The position numbers and the translations under genes are program-made. From a virus, in the IMG/VR virus record IMGVR_UViG_3300027608_000013: 64,000 nt of DNA; one strand, 5' to 3'. The notes below the pieces were generated by a model that was not told where the DNA came from, ran no database searches, and worked only from the letters and a program-made list of their open reading frames with translations. Each line of letters starts with the position of its first letter. Within the stretch, counting starts at the first letter, position 1. Below are positions 29,361 through 38,981 of the stretch, one piece after another.

Positions 29361-30215
29361 ATGAAAAAACTAAAACATTCGAAGTATAAAAATACCGGCA
29401 TTCTTTTTGAAATGTTAGTACGAAAACTAACTTCAGAAACATTAACGTCAGACAAATCAATTACTATTGATATTATAAAAAAATATTTTGGTAGAAATAC
29501 TGAATTATCAAAAGAATTACAATTGTATAATGCATTGATTAAAGAACAACATAAAACCGAAGCACGTGCATTGGATTATATGCGTACAGTGAAAGCTGCT
29601 CATTCTAAATTAAATCATAATACATTAAAACGGCAAAAATATAATTTAGTTAAAGAAATTTCTGATAATTTTATATTTGAAAATATGTCTAAAATGCATA
29701 TAAACAATTACAAAGAATTGGCATCAATTTACATGTTATTTGAATATGATGAAACTGATAACCCAAAACAAGTAATGGCGTGTAAAACAGTTTTACTTGA
29801 ACACGCTTTGCCTAAGTCTAAGTTAGTCGAACAACGTGATCCAGTAATGGAATCATTTGAAAAACAAGATAAAGATATTCGGTTATTGACATATAAATTG
29901 CTTGTTGATAAATTTAATACTACATATTCTAGTGTATTATCTGAATCACAAAAACAATTGTTAAACAAATATATTACACACGTTAATGATACTGAAGCAC
30001 TTAAGGAATATGTACAAAAGATAATACCTACGATTAAAACAAAATTATCCAATCATTCTAAACATATTACAGATAAAGTAGTTAAGATTAAAATAGAAAA
30101 ACTATCAGAAATGCTTTGCAATGTTGAAACAATAAAAAAATTAAAAGAATCACATATATTAAACTTGATGCGATATATGGATTTAGTTGATGAATTAAAT
30201 GAGATACATAAATGA
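29361..30215 (+). CDS. Hypothetical head-region protein
   Basis: 284 aa helical ORF between portal and protease; several L-x-E sites. Confidence 0.5.
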   Translation: MKKLKHSKYKNTGILFEMLVRKLTSETLTSDKSITIDIIKKYFGRNTELSKELQLYNALIKEQHKTEARALDYMRTVKAAHSKLNHNTLKRQKYNLVKEISDNFIFENMSKMHINNYKELASIYMLFEYDETDNPKQVMACKTVLLEHALPKSKLVEQRDPVMESFEKQDKDIRLLTYKLLVDKFNTTYSSVLSESQKQLLNKYITHVNDTEALKEYVQKIIPTIKTKLSNHSKHITDKVVKIKIEKLSEMLCNVETIKKLKESHILNLMRYMDLVDELNEIHK

Positions 30216-30970
30216 AATCATTCTTACAACAAATAGAAGAAGCATTTGAAGCTGTTGATCAAACTAATGATATCATCGATGATCTTGCTAATCACGTAAA
30301 TCATTTACCTGATGAAGATATGGAACTAGAAGAAATATCAACTTCTGCAGGCGCCGGGTCATATATGACGCCTAATGCATTTGCAAAAGCAGACGATGAT
30401 ACAGTTGAAGTACTAGGAATGAAACGGGTTAAAAATGTACGAGAAGGTATTAATACTCCTCCAACTTATCGTCCAGGAGAATATCAAAAACCAGAATCTT
30501 CCGAAGAAGAATACATGGATAAATTTCCATTTGCAGATGATGAACGGAAATGGCAACATGCAAAATTTAAGTATCCAACAGAACCATTAGTAGACAAATA
30601 TAGAAAATATAGCGATCGTCCTGCACACGTAACGGAAAAATCAAGTGTTGAATATGATTGGTCAGGTGTAAAAAATAAAACTAATGAAAGTGTATATGAA
30701 ACGATGGATGGCAAATATGAACAACTTATTGAATCATATCGCAATTTCAAAAAAGGTGATGTAAAACCATCTAGCAAAGTAAAACAAACAATACAAGAAA
30801 TTGCAATAAAACTTCGCGAAATAGAAACATTAGTAAGTTACAATTCACGTTTAAAAACAGAATCCGGAGTTACTTCATCAAATTATGGCCCATCAACAAA
30901 CAAAGCATTGAATAAGATATCTGAACGATTAATAAAAATATCAGAACGTGTAAGAGCATTAGGAGAGTAA
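30212..30970 (+). CDS. Hypothetical head-region protein
   Basis: 252 aa with C-terminal coiled coil; located in the head cluster. Confidence 0.5.
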   Translation: MKSFLQQIEEAFEAVDQTNDIIDDLANHVNHLPDEDMELEEISTSAGAGSYMTPNAFAKADDDTVEVLGMKRVKNVREGINTPPTYRPGEYQKPESSEEEYMDKFPFADDERKWQHAKFKYPTEPLVDKYRKYSDRPAHVTEKSSVEYDWSGVKNKTNESVYETMDGKYEQLIESYRNFKKGDVKPSSKVKQTIQEIAIKLREIETLVSYNSRLKTESGVTSSNYGPSTNKALNKISERLIKISERVRALGE

Positions 30971-30971
30971 T

Positions 30972-31601
30972 ATGTCAAAGCAGTTAATAGTAGAATATAT
31001 GCCATTTAAACCAATAGGTTCATTAAATGAGCAAAATGGTGCTGAATATGGAATTCCTGGTGGTATTGTAGTTCAAGGAGTATTGCAACGTGCTGGTGCT
31101 AAAAATCAAAATGGCAGAGTATATCCTAAAAATATATTGATGCGCGAGTGTCAAAGATATCAACGAGAATATATTGACCAACATAGAGCCCTAGGCGAGT
31201 TAGATCATCCCGAATCATCGGTAGTCAATTTAAACAACGTATCTCACAATGTTTTAAAAATATGGTGGAATGGAGATGATTTATTAGGCGCAGTTCAAAT
31301 TTTAGAAACGCCATCGGGTAATATTTTAAAGTCACTGTTTAAAGCAGGAATTACTTTAGGTATTTCTAGTAGAGGATTGGGATCAGTTAAAGAATTACGT
31401 AATGAAGGCGTAGTCGAAGTGCAAGAAGATTTTGAATTAATTTGTTGGGACTTCGTATCAAATCCATCAACTCAAGGTGCTTTTATGCGTCCTACGGGAA
31501 TGAATGAATCAACGGATAAAAGTATAACAACAAACAAATATAGTGGCGTAAATAGTATTATTACGTCAATTTTATGTGATGATGGAAAATGTAGGATATA
31601 A
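30972..31601 (+). CDS. Prohead protease (T4 gp21-like)
   Basis: KNQNGRVYP, ALGELDHP, VSH, GISSRGLGS, DFVSNPS. Confidence 0.95.
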   Translation: MSKQLIVEYMPFKPIGSLNEQNGAEYGIPGGIVVQGVLQRAGAKNQNGRVYPKNILMRECQRYQREYIDQHRALGELDHPESSVVNLNNVSHNVLKIWWNGDDLLGAVQILETPSGNILKSLFKAGITLGISSRGLGSVKELRNEGVVEVQEDFELICWDFVSNPSTQGAFMRPTGMNESTDKSITTNKYSGVNSIITSILCDDGKCRI

Positions 31602-31605
31602 TAAT

Positions 31606-32022
31606 ATGAAAAAAAGTAATTTAGACATCGTAAGAAATCTTTGGTTAGGCGAACAAGCAACACCTAAACAAACAGTTTTTAGCGAAAAAGAGCAACCAGT
31701 AACAATTGACGATAAAAGAGCATTTGCTGAAGCGTTGAATTCATTTTCCGCAATGGCTGAAACTATTGCTGCGAGGGGACAACGTTTACAAGAAGCAGTA
31801 CAACGAGTAACAAAAGTGGTAGAAACCGCAAATAGATTAGTTACAGAATCAGATGATGATTTAGTTGAAAAAGTAGCAGCTGGTCGACATATGAAATTAA
31901 TTGAAGGTGCATTAAAAGATTTTCAAAGATCAGCAAATGAAGTAATGATTCATGAACGTCGAATGGAAGCTGCATATCAAGACATTTCAGAAGGCTTGAA
32001 AAAATATTATGATGTTCAATAA
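31606..32022 (+). CDS. Hypothetical helical protein
   Basis: ORF after the protease; start reassigned to the ATG at 31606. Confidence 0.5.
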   Translation: MKKSNLDIVRNLWLGEQATPKQTVFSEKEQPVTIDDKRAFAEALNSFSAMAETIAARGQRLQEAVQRVTKVVETANRLVTESDDDLVEKVAAGRHMKLIEGALKDFQRSANEVMIHERRMEAAYQDISEGLKKYYDVQ

Positions 32023-32023
32023 T

Positions 32024-32052
32024 TTGGATATCGTAACATAATATTATATATT
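32024..32052 (+). promoter_or_regulatory. Sigma70-type promoter of the unit containing bS21
   Basis: TTGGAT-N17-TATATT. Confidence 0.7.
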
Positions 32053-32065
32053 ATAAAGGTATAGG

Positions 32066-33025
32066 ATGAATAAATTAAAAAAATTGTATAAAGACTTCTT
32101 TGGATATACGCTTAATGAAGCTGCACATGTACCATCCAATATAATGGATTTTGCTAAAAGAAAAGGGCCATATGTAGTAGCACTTGTTAAGAAAGCGGCT
32201 ACGTGGGCAGAGAAATCTGGCAAACAAATTAGTGGTGGCACTGCTATTGGTAAAAATTATAGTACCATTATTCTAGATATTAAATATCAAGGAGCTGAAA
32301 TCTATATTAATCTTGATAACGAAACAATTAAATTATTTGGAGAACCGGTTACCGATGCAAAATCATTTGCTCGTGTTTTTAATGGTATTGGTATGTCTAA
32401 TTCAGATAATGTAATATTTTCAATTAACGATGAAAAATTAGATGATATATTACGTGCAAATCATGATCGAGAATTAGACTATAAAAAAGATGTAACTGGC
32501 GATGTATATTATATTTTACCTAAAAAAGAATTTGATCGATTTATTGATTATGCAGATTCGTCCGGATATGATGTAGATTATGAAAATTCAGAAGATTCGG
32601 TAATTTATGTTAGAGAGTCTGACAATAATTTACGGGAACAAACCACTGACGGTGTGTACTTCCGGGAAAATCCAGAACTAGACGAAGCTAAACTTGTTAA
32701 TGGTATTGATGAATACCAAGGCGGAGTTGTATATGCAATTAAAGATCCAGCACAAGCACAATCAGTTTCAGATGATATCAAAGCATGGGCTGAAAAAAAA
32801 GGTTTTACTATAATTAAACGTACGATATCTAAAAGTGGAAAAAATGGATATTTCTATTTTAGATTAGGAGATGACCCAGAAAAAGATGCACAACGCATTC
32901 AAGGTTATTTTGCACAACGTTTAGAATTAGCAGCATTCAAATTCAAAGTACGAGGAGAAGCAAATCCAGCTCGAGAATTACCTGCACCTGAAATGCAAAC
33001 TAAAAGACCAACAAGAAAAATTTAA
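32066..33025 (+). CDS. Hypothetical multi-module protein
   Basis: 319 aa; modules separated by TLNE, YVRE, NLRE and ELDE sites. Confidence 0.5.
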   Translation: MNKLKKLYKDFFGYTLNEAAHVPSNIMDFAKRKGPYVVALVKKAATWAEKSGKQISGGTAIGKNYSTIILDIKYQGAEIYINLDNETIKLFGEPVTDAKSFARVFNGIGMSNSDNVIFSINDEKLDDILRANHDRELDYKKDVTGDVYYILPKKEFDRFIDYADSSGYDVDYENSEDSVIYVRESDNNLREQTTDGVYFRENPELDEAKLVNGIDEYQGGVVYAIKDPAQAQSVSDDIKAWAEKKGFTIIKRTISKSGKNGYFYFRLGDDPEKDAQRIQGYFAQRLELAAFKFKVRGEANPARELPAPEMQTKRPTRKI

Positions 33026-33034
33026 AACAGTTAT

Positions 33035-33280
33035 ATGAGTAAAAAAGAAAAACAACACAAATCAATTGTACCTGGCCATGCAACAGCAGTACATGTAGTA
33101 GGAACATTTAGAGAAGATTTTGCACAAGCAATGAAAATTTTTAAACGCAAAGTAAAATCATCCGGAGTTTTAGAAAAAATTAAAGAGAATAAAACTTTTA
33201 CAAAACCAAGTGCTAAACGTAGACAACAATTAAGCGCTGCACGTTTTATTCAATATGTACGAGATTTACACCGCGATTAA
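33035..33280 (+). CDS. rpsU: Ribosomal protein bS21 (phage-encoded)
   Basis: EDFAQAMKIFKRKVKSSGVLEKIKENKTFTKPSAKRRQQ matches the bS21 pattern. Confidence 0.85.
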   Translation: MSKKEKQHKSIVPGHATAVHVVGTFREDFAQAMKIFKRKVKSSGVLEKIKENKTFTKPSAKRRQQLSAARFIQYVRDLHRD

Positions 33281-33300
33281 TCAATTCTAATTAAAGTTTA

Positions 33301-33330
33301 AGCCCTAGCCTAAAAAGTTAGGGCTTTTTT
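33301..33330 (+). terminator. Intrinsic terminator after rpsU
   Basis: AGCCCTAGC-ctaaaaa-GTTAGGGCT followed by TTTTT. Confidence 0.8.
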
Positions 33331-33351
33331 ACTGGTTTTTTATTTTTGCTT

Positions 33352-33360
33352 ATATTTATT
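33352..33360 (+). promoter_or_regulatory. Putative late promoter motif (scaffold-capsid operon)
   Basis: ATATTTATT after a terminator. Confidence 0.6.
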
Positions 33361-33467
33361 TGTAGAATACGCTATCCTATCTTATATAGCGTTACACAAT
33401 TTTTATATTCTTATTAAGATTTACAAATAATCTTATTTCCAAAAAACAAAATTTAAGGAGAACTAGT

Positions 33468-34460
33468 ATGGCAAAATCAGATTTGCTAAAACAAGCAATC
33501 GCCGATGCAAAAGCAGTTAAAGAAACAGCATTAGCAAACGCAAAAATTGCATTACAAGAAGCATTTGCTCCAAGACTTGAAAACATTCTATCTAAAAATC
33601 TAATGAAAGAATTAGAAGATGACGAAATGGACATTAACATGGACATGGATGCTGAACCAGAAGCAGGAATGGAAGGTGAAGATGCAGGAATGGGTGACTT
33701 TCCAGAAGAAGTTAACGTTGGATTAGATTTCAACAATGATGGCGATTATGACATAACAGGAATGTTAGGCGGCGCAGAAGAAGAAATGGAAGCTGGAATG
33801 GAAGCTGGTGCCGAAGCAGGAATGGAAGCAGGAATGGAAGCCGAAGAAGATGATCTTAATCTTGAAGAAATTTTAAGAGAATTAGAAGAACCGGTTGATG
33901 CCATGGAAACGGAAGGTATGTATGAACAAGATATGCCAGAAGATGAAATGCCAGTCGAAGGTATGTATAACGAAGAAGAAGATGACATTAATGGAATCAT
34001 TGAAGCAATTTTACGTGAAACTGAAATGACAGATGAACCGGACATGGCAGGAGCAGCTCAAGTAGACGCATTACAACAAGAAAATGCAGAAATGGAAAAA
34101 GACTTGCAAGAAGCATACCGTACGGTTAAACATCTTAAGTCTGTTATCAATGAAGTTAATCTTTTAAATGCAAAACTTCTTTACACAAACAAATTGTTCC
34201 GTAACTTTGACTTGAACGAAGGTCAAAAAATGAAAGTTATTGAAAACTTTGATAGAGCATTTTCAACTAGAGAAGCAAAATTAGTATTTGCTACATTAGC
34301 AGAAAGCTTTAACAAGCCACAACAAAAACGCAAGATGGTAAAAGAATCAGCAGCCTCTAGAGCAATTTCTACGACTGCACCATCTCGACAAACAACGCAA
34401 ATTCTATCTGAAGGTTTCGAAATGGCAAACCGTTGGAAAAAATTGGCAGGATTAATTTAA
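33468..34460 (+). CDS. Prohead core scaffolding protein (T4 gp22-like)
   Basis: Very acidic with coiled coils; directly upstream of the major capsid gene; AAGGAG 7 nt before the ATG. Confidence 0.8.
   Translation: MAKSDLLKQAIADAKAVKETALANAKIALQEAFAPRLENILSKNLMKELEDDEMDINMDMDAEPEAGMEGEDAGMGDFPEEVNVGLDFNNDGDYDITGMLGGAEEEMEAGMEAGAEAGMEAGMEAEEDDLNLEEILRELEEPVDAMETEGMYEQDMPEDEMPVEGMYNEEEDDINGIIEAILRETEMTDEPDMAGAAQVDALQQENAEMEKDLQEAYRTVKHLKSVINEVNLLNAKLLYTNKLFRNFDLNEGQKMKVIENFDRAFSTREAKLVFATLAESFNKPQQKRKMVKESAASRAISTTAPSRQTTQILSEGFEMANRWKKLAGLI
33789..33842 (+). repeat. 12-nt in-frame tandem repeat (EAGM)
   Basis: GAAGC(T/A)GGAATG-type units encoding EAGM EAGA EAGM EAGM EA. Confidence 0.75.
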
Positions 34461-34489
34461 TTTAAAAAAAACAAACAAGGAGAAAAAAA

Positions 34490-36154
34490 ATGAGTTTAAA
34501 TTCATTATTACAAAGTCCTGATAATTCTCAGAGAGCAGCTGCATTAGCAACTGTAAGCAAATGGGAAAGAACAGGATTGTTAGAAGGTCTTAGAAATGAG
34601 ACAGAAAGGGCAGGAATGTCTCAGTTGCTTGAAAACCAAGCAAGACAATTAGTAAAAGAAGCATCACAAACAGGTACCGCAAATGGATCTGAAGAGTGGG
34701 CTGGTGTTGCACTTCCATTGGTACGTCGTATCTTTGCTGAATTTGCAGCTAAAGAATTTGTATCAGTTCAACCAATGAACTTGCCATCAGGTCTAGTATT
34801 TTACTTAGATTTTAAATATGGTACAGCTCAACCAGGATTTGATAATGATAATGATTCTAGAACAGGTGATCCATTTGGTAATCCTAATGCATTAGATTCA
34901 TTGTTCGGTGTTACAACTACTGGTTCAGACGCAGCAGGTGGTCTTTATGGTGCAGGTCGTTTTGGTTATTCAATCAACAACGTAACTACAACTAACTTGT
35001 CAGCAGTTGCAACTACAGCGTCAATCACTGATGCTGGAGATGTAAATTTCGAAAGTGTTTATTCAGCTTCATTGGGTAACTACAAAAAAATTACTATTGC
35101 AATGCCAACTAACAGTGATTTATTTGCAGTTAGAGCATTTACATTGTTATCTGGATCAACTGAAATTATTCCAGTACAAGCATTTTCTAAAATGACATCT
35201 GATTACACAGCATCATTTGTATTAACAACCGCTCAAGCAACTGCAGCTCAAACAGCAAAAGCAGCTTCTGCATTATTTGTACAATACAGTTTACAACCAA
35301 ATGACATAACTAGAGGTGACTTTGAAGATAAAGATCCATTTAAAGGGTCAGGTACTTCAGGTATTAACGTTGGTACGGATATTGATATTCCAGAAATTAA
35401 CTTGGAACTTCAATCAGAACCAATCGTTGCAAAAACACGTAAATTGAAAGCAGTTTGGACACCTGAGTTTGCTCAAGATTTAAACGCTTACCATTCAATT
35501 GATGCTGAAGCTGAATTGACTTCAATGTTATCTGAGTATGTATCAATGGAAATTGATTTAGAGATCTTAGATATGTTGATTTCAGCAGCTCCAACAACTG
35601 AGTATTGGTCAGCATTGAACAACAACATCTGGAATGGTTCAGGATTTACTCAAGCAGCTGCTGGTGCTGTTGGTGCGGCGGGTGATGGATTCTACAACAC
35701 TCAAGGTGGTTGGTTCCAAACTTTAGGTACTAAACTTCAAAAAGTATCTAATAAAATTCACCAAAAAACATTACGTGGCGGTGCTAATTTCTTAGTTACA
35801 TCTCCTGCAGTAGCAACTATTCTTGAGTCTATCCCAGGATTTGCTGCAGACACAGATGGTACTAAAATGGAATTTGCTGCTGGTGTTCAAAAAATTGGTG
35901 CAATCAATAGCCGATACACAGTATACAAAAACCCATACATGTTAGAGAATGTAATCCTTATGGGCTTCAGAGGTAGTCAGTTCCTTGAAACGGGTGCTGT
36001 TTATTCTCCATATATTCCACTTATCATGACTCCATTAGTTTATGATCCAGTTAACTTCACTCCACGTAAAGGTGTTATGACACGTTACGCGAAGAAAGTG
36101 GTTCGTCCTGAGTTCTACGGTAAAGTGTATGTACATGGACTTAACTCTCTATAA
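34490..36154 (+). CDS. Major capsid protein (T4 gp23-like)
   Basis: LPLVRR...VSVQPMNLPSGLVFYL; AKTRKLKAVWTPEFAQDLNAYHSIDAEAEL; YSPYIPL; FTPRKGVMTRYA. Confidence 0.97.
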   Translation: MSLNSLLQSPDNSQRAAALATVSKWERTGLLEGLRNETERAGMSQLLENQARQLVKEASQTGTANGSEEWAGVALPLVRRIFAEFAAKEFVSVQPMNLPSGLVFYLDFKYGTAQPGFDNDNDSRTGDPFGNPNALDSLFGVTTTGSDAAGGLYGAGRFGYSINNVTTTNLSAVATTASITDAGDVNFESVYSASLGNYKKITIAMPTNSDLFAVRAFTLLSGSTEIIPVQAFSKMTSDYTASFVLTTAQATAAQTAKAASALFVQYSLQPNDITRGDFEDKDPFKGSGTSGINVGTDIDIPEINLELQSEPIVAKTRKLKAVWTPEFAQDLNAYHSIDAEAELTSMLSEYVSMEIDLEILDMLISAAPTTEYWSALNNNIWNGSGFTQAAAGAVGAAGDGFYNTQGGWFQTLGTKLQKVSNKIHQKTLRGGANFLVTSPAVATILESIPGFAADTDGTKMEFAAGVQKIGAINSRYTVYKNPYMLENVILMGFRGSQFLETGAVYSPYIPLIMTPLVYDPVNFTPRKGVMTRYAKKVVRPEFYGKVYVHGLNSL

Positions 36155-36190
36155 TAGTTAATCAATTTAATTATTTAACTAATTAAACAG

Positions 36191-36219
36191 AAAGGGATGG
36201 CTTCGGTCGTCCCTTTTTT
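36191..36219 (+). terminator. Intrinsic terminator after major capsid gene
   Basis: AAAGGGATGGC-TTCG-GTCGTCCCTTT plus a T tract; cUUCGg tetraloop. Confidence 0.9.
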
Positions 36220-36228
36220 ACTGTACAA

Positions 36229-36237
36229 ATATTTATA
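36229..36237 (+). promoter_or_regulatory. Putative late promoter motif
   Basis: ATATTTATA after a terminator. Confidence 0.6.
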
Positions 36238-36247
36238 TAAAAAGAAT

Positions 36248-36523
36248 ATGGCAGTAGAAAGAACTAAATATTCCATGGAAGTGATTATTCGCTATGATGG
36301 CCGATTAATTGACGTATTAGATAGAATACGTGCAGTGCGTTTAGTATTGATGGTTCATATTGAACAAGACTTAGGTCCAGATAAAGAACGCATTACACTA
36401 AAAATTATGACTCCATATGCTCCCCGAGAAACATTCTTTGCAATTAGAAAAATGTGTTTAGGAAAGATTGAAACACTTAAAGATATGACTTTGCAAGAAT
36501 CGACACTTACAAAATTACACTAA
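36248..36523 (+). CDS. Hypothetical protein
   Basis: Start reassigned to the ATG at 36248, downstream of the terminator and late motif. Confidence 0.5.
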   Translation: MAVERTKYSMEVIIRYDGRLIDVLDRIRAVRLVLMVHIEQDLGPDKERITLKIMTPYAPRETFFAIRKMCLGKIETLKDMTLQESTLTKLH

Positions 36524-36538
36524 TTTAAGGATAACACC

Positions 36539-37201
36539 ATGGCAACCAACAAGGAGAAAACTCCACCAAAGACTGATATTAAATATTCAATAACATTATC
36601 AGAAGAACAAAAACAAGCCAAAGCAAAAATTATAGAAACACCATTTAATTTTTTGCTAGGTCAAGCTGGTTCCGGAAAAACATTGTTAGCAGTACAAATT
36701 GCGTTGGACATGTTTTTTAAACGAAAAGTAGATAGAATTATCATAACACGTCCAACTGTTTCAAATGAAGACAACGGATTTTTACCGGGGTCATTGGCAG
36801 AAAAAATGGATCCGTGGTTGGTTCCACTTCGTAGCAATATGCGTAAAGTTTACAGTAAGCCGGAGATATTAGATAAAATGGAAAAGGAAGAAAATATTGA
36901 ATTAGTTTCATTAGCACACTTCCGCGGCCGTACATTTGATAATGCAATTTGTATTGTCGATGAATTTCAAAATTTAACTAAACAACAATTACAAATGGTT
37001 TTATCTCGGTTAGGAAAAGACAGTTTAATGATATTAACGGGAGATCAACACCAAATTGATTTAAAATTTAAAAATGATTCTGCTATACACGATGTACCTA
37101 AAATTAAAGGTTCTAAATTTGTTAATGAAATTATTTTAAAAGATAATCATCGCCATGAATCATTAACAGAAATTTTACGTCTCTTAAATGAATCATATTG
37201 A
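36539..37201 (+). CDS. phoH: PhoH-like ATPase
   Basis: GQAGSGKT, GFLPGSLAEKMDPW, RGRTFDNA, VDEFQN, GDQHQID. Confidence 0.92.
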   Translation: MATNKEKTPPKTDIKYSITLSEEQKQAKAKIIETPFNFLLGQAGSGKTLLAVQIALDMFFKRKVDRIIITRPTVSNEDNGFLPGSLAEKMDPWLVPLRSNMRKVYSKPEILDKMEKEENIELVSLAHFRGRTFDNAICIVDEFQNLTKQQLQMVLSRLGKDSLMILTGDQHQIDLKFKNDSAIHDVPKIKGSKFVNEIILKDNHRHESLTEILRLLNESY

Positions 37202-37209
37202 TATTTATA
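37201..37209 (+). promoter_or_regulatory. Putative late promoter motif (neck genes)
   Basis: ATATTTATA overlapping a TGA stop. Confidence 0.6.
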
Positions 37210-37224
37210 TAAAAAGGAATTAAC

Positions 37225-38448
37225 ATGGATTATTCACAAAGTTCACCAATATGGCCTGGCAGTTCGTCATTTACAACTGGCTCAACTCCGTTTGGGTATT
37301 TTGATGCAGATCCAGTATTCCAATCACATGCAGATAAATTTGCAAAATTTTCAGCAAATACAGTTGGTTATCCTATTATGGATGTTGAACTTCAAGCTGT
37401 AAATTTTTATACAGCATTTGAAGCTGCAGTAATTGAATATTCAAATCAAGTTAATCAAGTAAACATTGTTAATAACTTGTCCAATACAGTAGGTATGCAG
37501 ACTGCATCATCACTTATAGGTGCGTCTGGATTAACAGGTAAAGCCGTAGGAACATCATTATCATACATTGTTAAATTAAGCAAGGCATATGGCACTGAAG
37601 CTGAATCGGGTGGAACAGTTCGTTGGCATTCTGCATCCATCGATGTAATTGATGGTATTCAAACATATAGTATTCGTAATGCAGTTTCTTCATCATTAGG
37701 ATTTACATTAAGCAATACTAGTTCAATTGAAGTACGTAGAGTATTGCATCAACCACCACCAGCAATAGTTAGATATTTTGATCCATTTGTCGGAACTGGT
37801 TTAGGATCTCAAGGCTTATTAGATGCATTTGATTTTGGAGGATTTTCTCCTTCTGTTAATTTTATGATGATGCCAATACATGCAGATTTACTTCGAATTC
37901 AAGGAATCGAATTCAATGATATGATTCGCAAGTCGCATTTTTCATTTGATATTCATGGAGATGATATACGTATTTACCCAGTACCAGGAACACAAGGAAC
38001 CAATGCAACTCCGTACTACGGCAAAGTTTGGTTTGAATATTTGTTTGAAGAGCAAAAAAATCAGGAAGCACTTTTATTTGGTAATACAGCCGTTTTAAAC
38101 GGTGTTATAAGTGACGCATCAAATATACCATACACTTATCAACAATATGGGACAATTAATGATATGGGGCGTGCGTGGATATTACGTTACGGCGTTGCGC
38201 TCGTAAAAGAAATGTTAGGCTATGTCCGCAATAAATATTCATCAGTTCCTATACCAAATGGCGAAGTAACACTTAACGGGTCTGATTTAGTATCACAAGG
38301 TCAAACAGAGAAAGGTGAATTGATAACTCAATTACGAGAATTTTTAGATAAAATGACAAAAGAAGCCATGTTGACACGTCAAAATGCAGAAGCAACACAA
38401 ATGAATGAATTGTTAGCAAAAGCACCATTACGTATATACGTTGGATAA
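37225..38448 (+). CDS. Neck protein (T4 gp13-like)
   Basis: GYPIMDVEL...WILRYGVALVKEMLGYVRNKY..IPNGEVTLNG; position after the capsid gene. Confidence 0.8.
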   Translation: MDYSQSSPIWPGSSSFTTGSTPFGYFDADPVFQSHADKFAKFSANTVGYPIMDVELQAVNFYTAFEAAVIEYSNQVNQVNIVNNLSNTVGMQTASSLIGASGLTGKAVGTSLSYIVKLSKAYGTEAESGGTVRWHSASIDVIDGIQTYSIRNAVSSSLGFTLSNTSSIEVRRVLHQPPPAIVRYFDPFVGTGLGSQGLLDAFDFGGFSPSVNFMMMPIHADLLRIQGIEFNDMIRKSHFSFDIHGDDIRIYPVPGTQGTNATPYYGKVWFEYLFEEQKNQEALLFGNTAVLNGVISDASNIPYTYQQYGTINDMGRAWILRYGVALVKEMLGYVRNKYSSVPIPNGEVTLNGSDLVSQGQTEKGELITQLREFLDKMTKEAMLTRQNAEATQMNELLAKAPLRIYVG

Positions 38449-38459
38449 GGAGAAAAATT

Positions 38460-38981
38460 ATGGCACTATTTGGAGGAATGCGAGATGCAAAATTTTTAGC
38501 TGCCATCAATTCGGAATTAATTAATGCAATTGTAGATACAGAAATTGAATATTTTAAAATTCAAATTGAACAATCAGACTCAAATTTATATGGCGAATCG
38601 GAACGAAAAGCATATTATAATTCTATATTGATTCCATGTTTAATAACAAAAGATGAAAAATCTTCCGCAATGGATGATTATGGTCACACATATACTAGAA
38701 CGGCTAAATTTGCGTTGTCTAGAGATTTGCTAGAAACTATAACATTGTATCCGGAAGTTGGAGATATTATACTTTGGGATAATGAATATTTTGAAATTGA
38801 TAATGTAGATGCAAATCAGTATTTTACCGGCAAAAATCCAGAAACGTGGCCAAATGGAAACAGTCACGGATATAGCGTATCAATTGTAGTTGATGCACAT
38901 GTTACACGACAAACGCCAATGGGAATCAAAGATATCAGACGTGGCGGTGATAACAATTTACCTGCATATAAAGGATTATAA
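38460..38981 (+). CDS. Neck/head-closure protein (T4 gp14-like)
   Basis: SNLYGE...YPEVGDIILWDNEYFEID; synteny. Confidence 0.65.
   Translation: MALFGGMRDAKFLAAINSELINAIVDTEIEYFKIQIEQSDSNLYGESERKAYYNSILIPCLITKDEKSSAMDDYGHTYTRTAKFALSRDLLETITLYPEVGDIILWDNEYFEIDNVDANQYFTGKNPETWPNGNSHGYSVSIVVDAHVTRQTPMGIKDIRRGGDNNLPAYKGL

Noticed and set aside
33281-33467. tRNA genes in the larger intergenic gaps (also 14300-14477)
   Set aside because: No cloverleaf or TTCGA T-loop in a tRNA context.
25870-36154. Inteins or introns in terminase, portal or capsid
   Set aside because: Lengths are normal and the ORFs are uninterrupted; no splice-junction or homing endonuclease motifs were seen.
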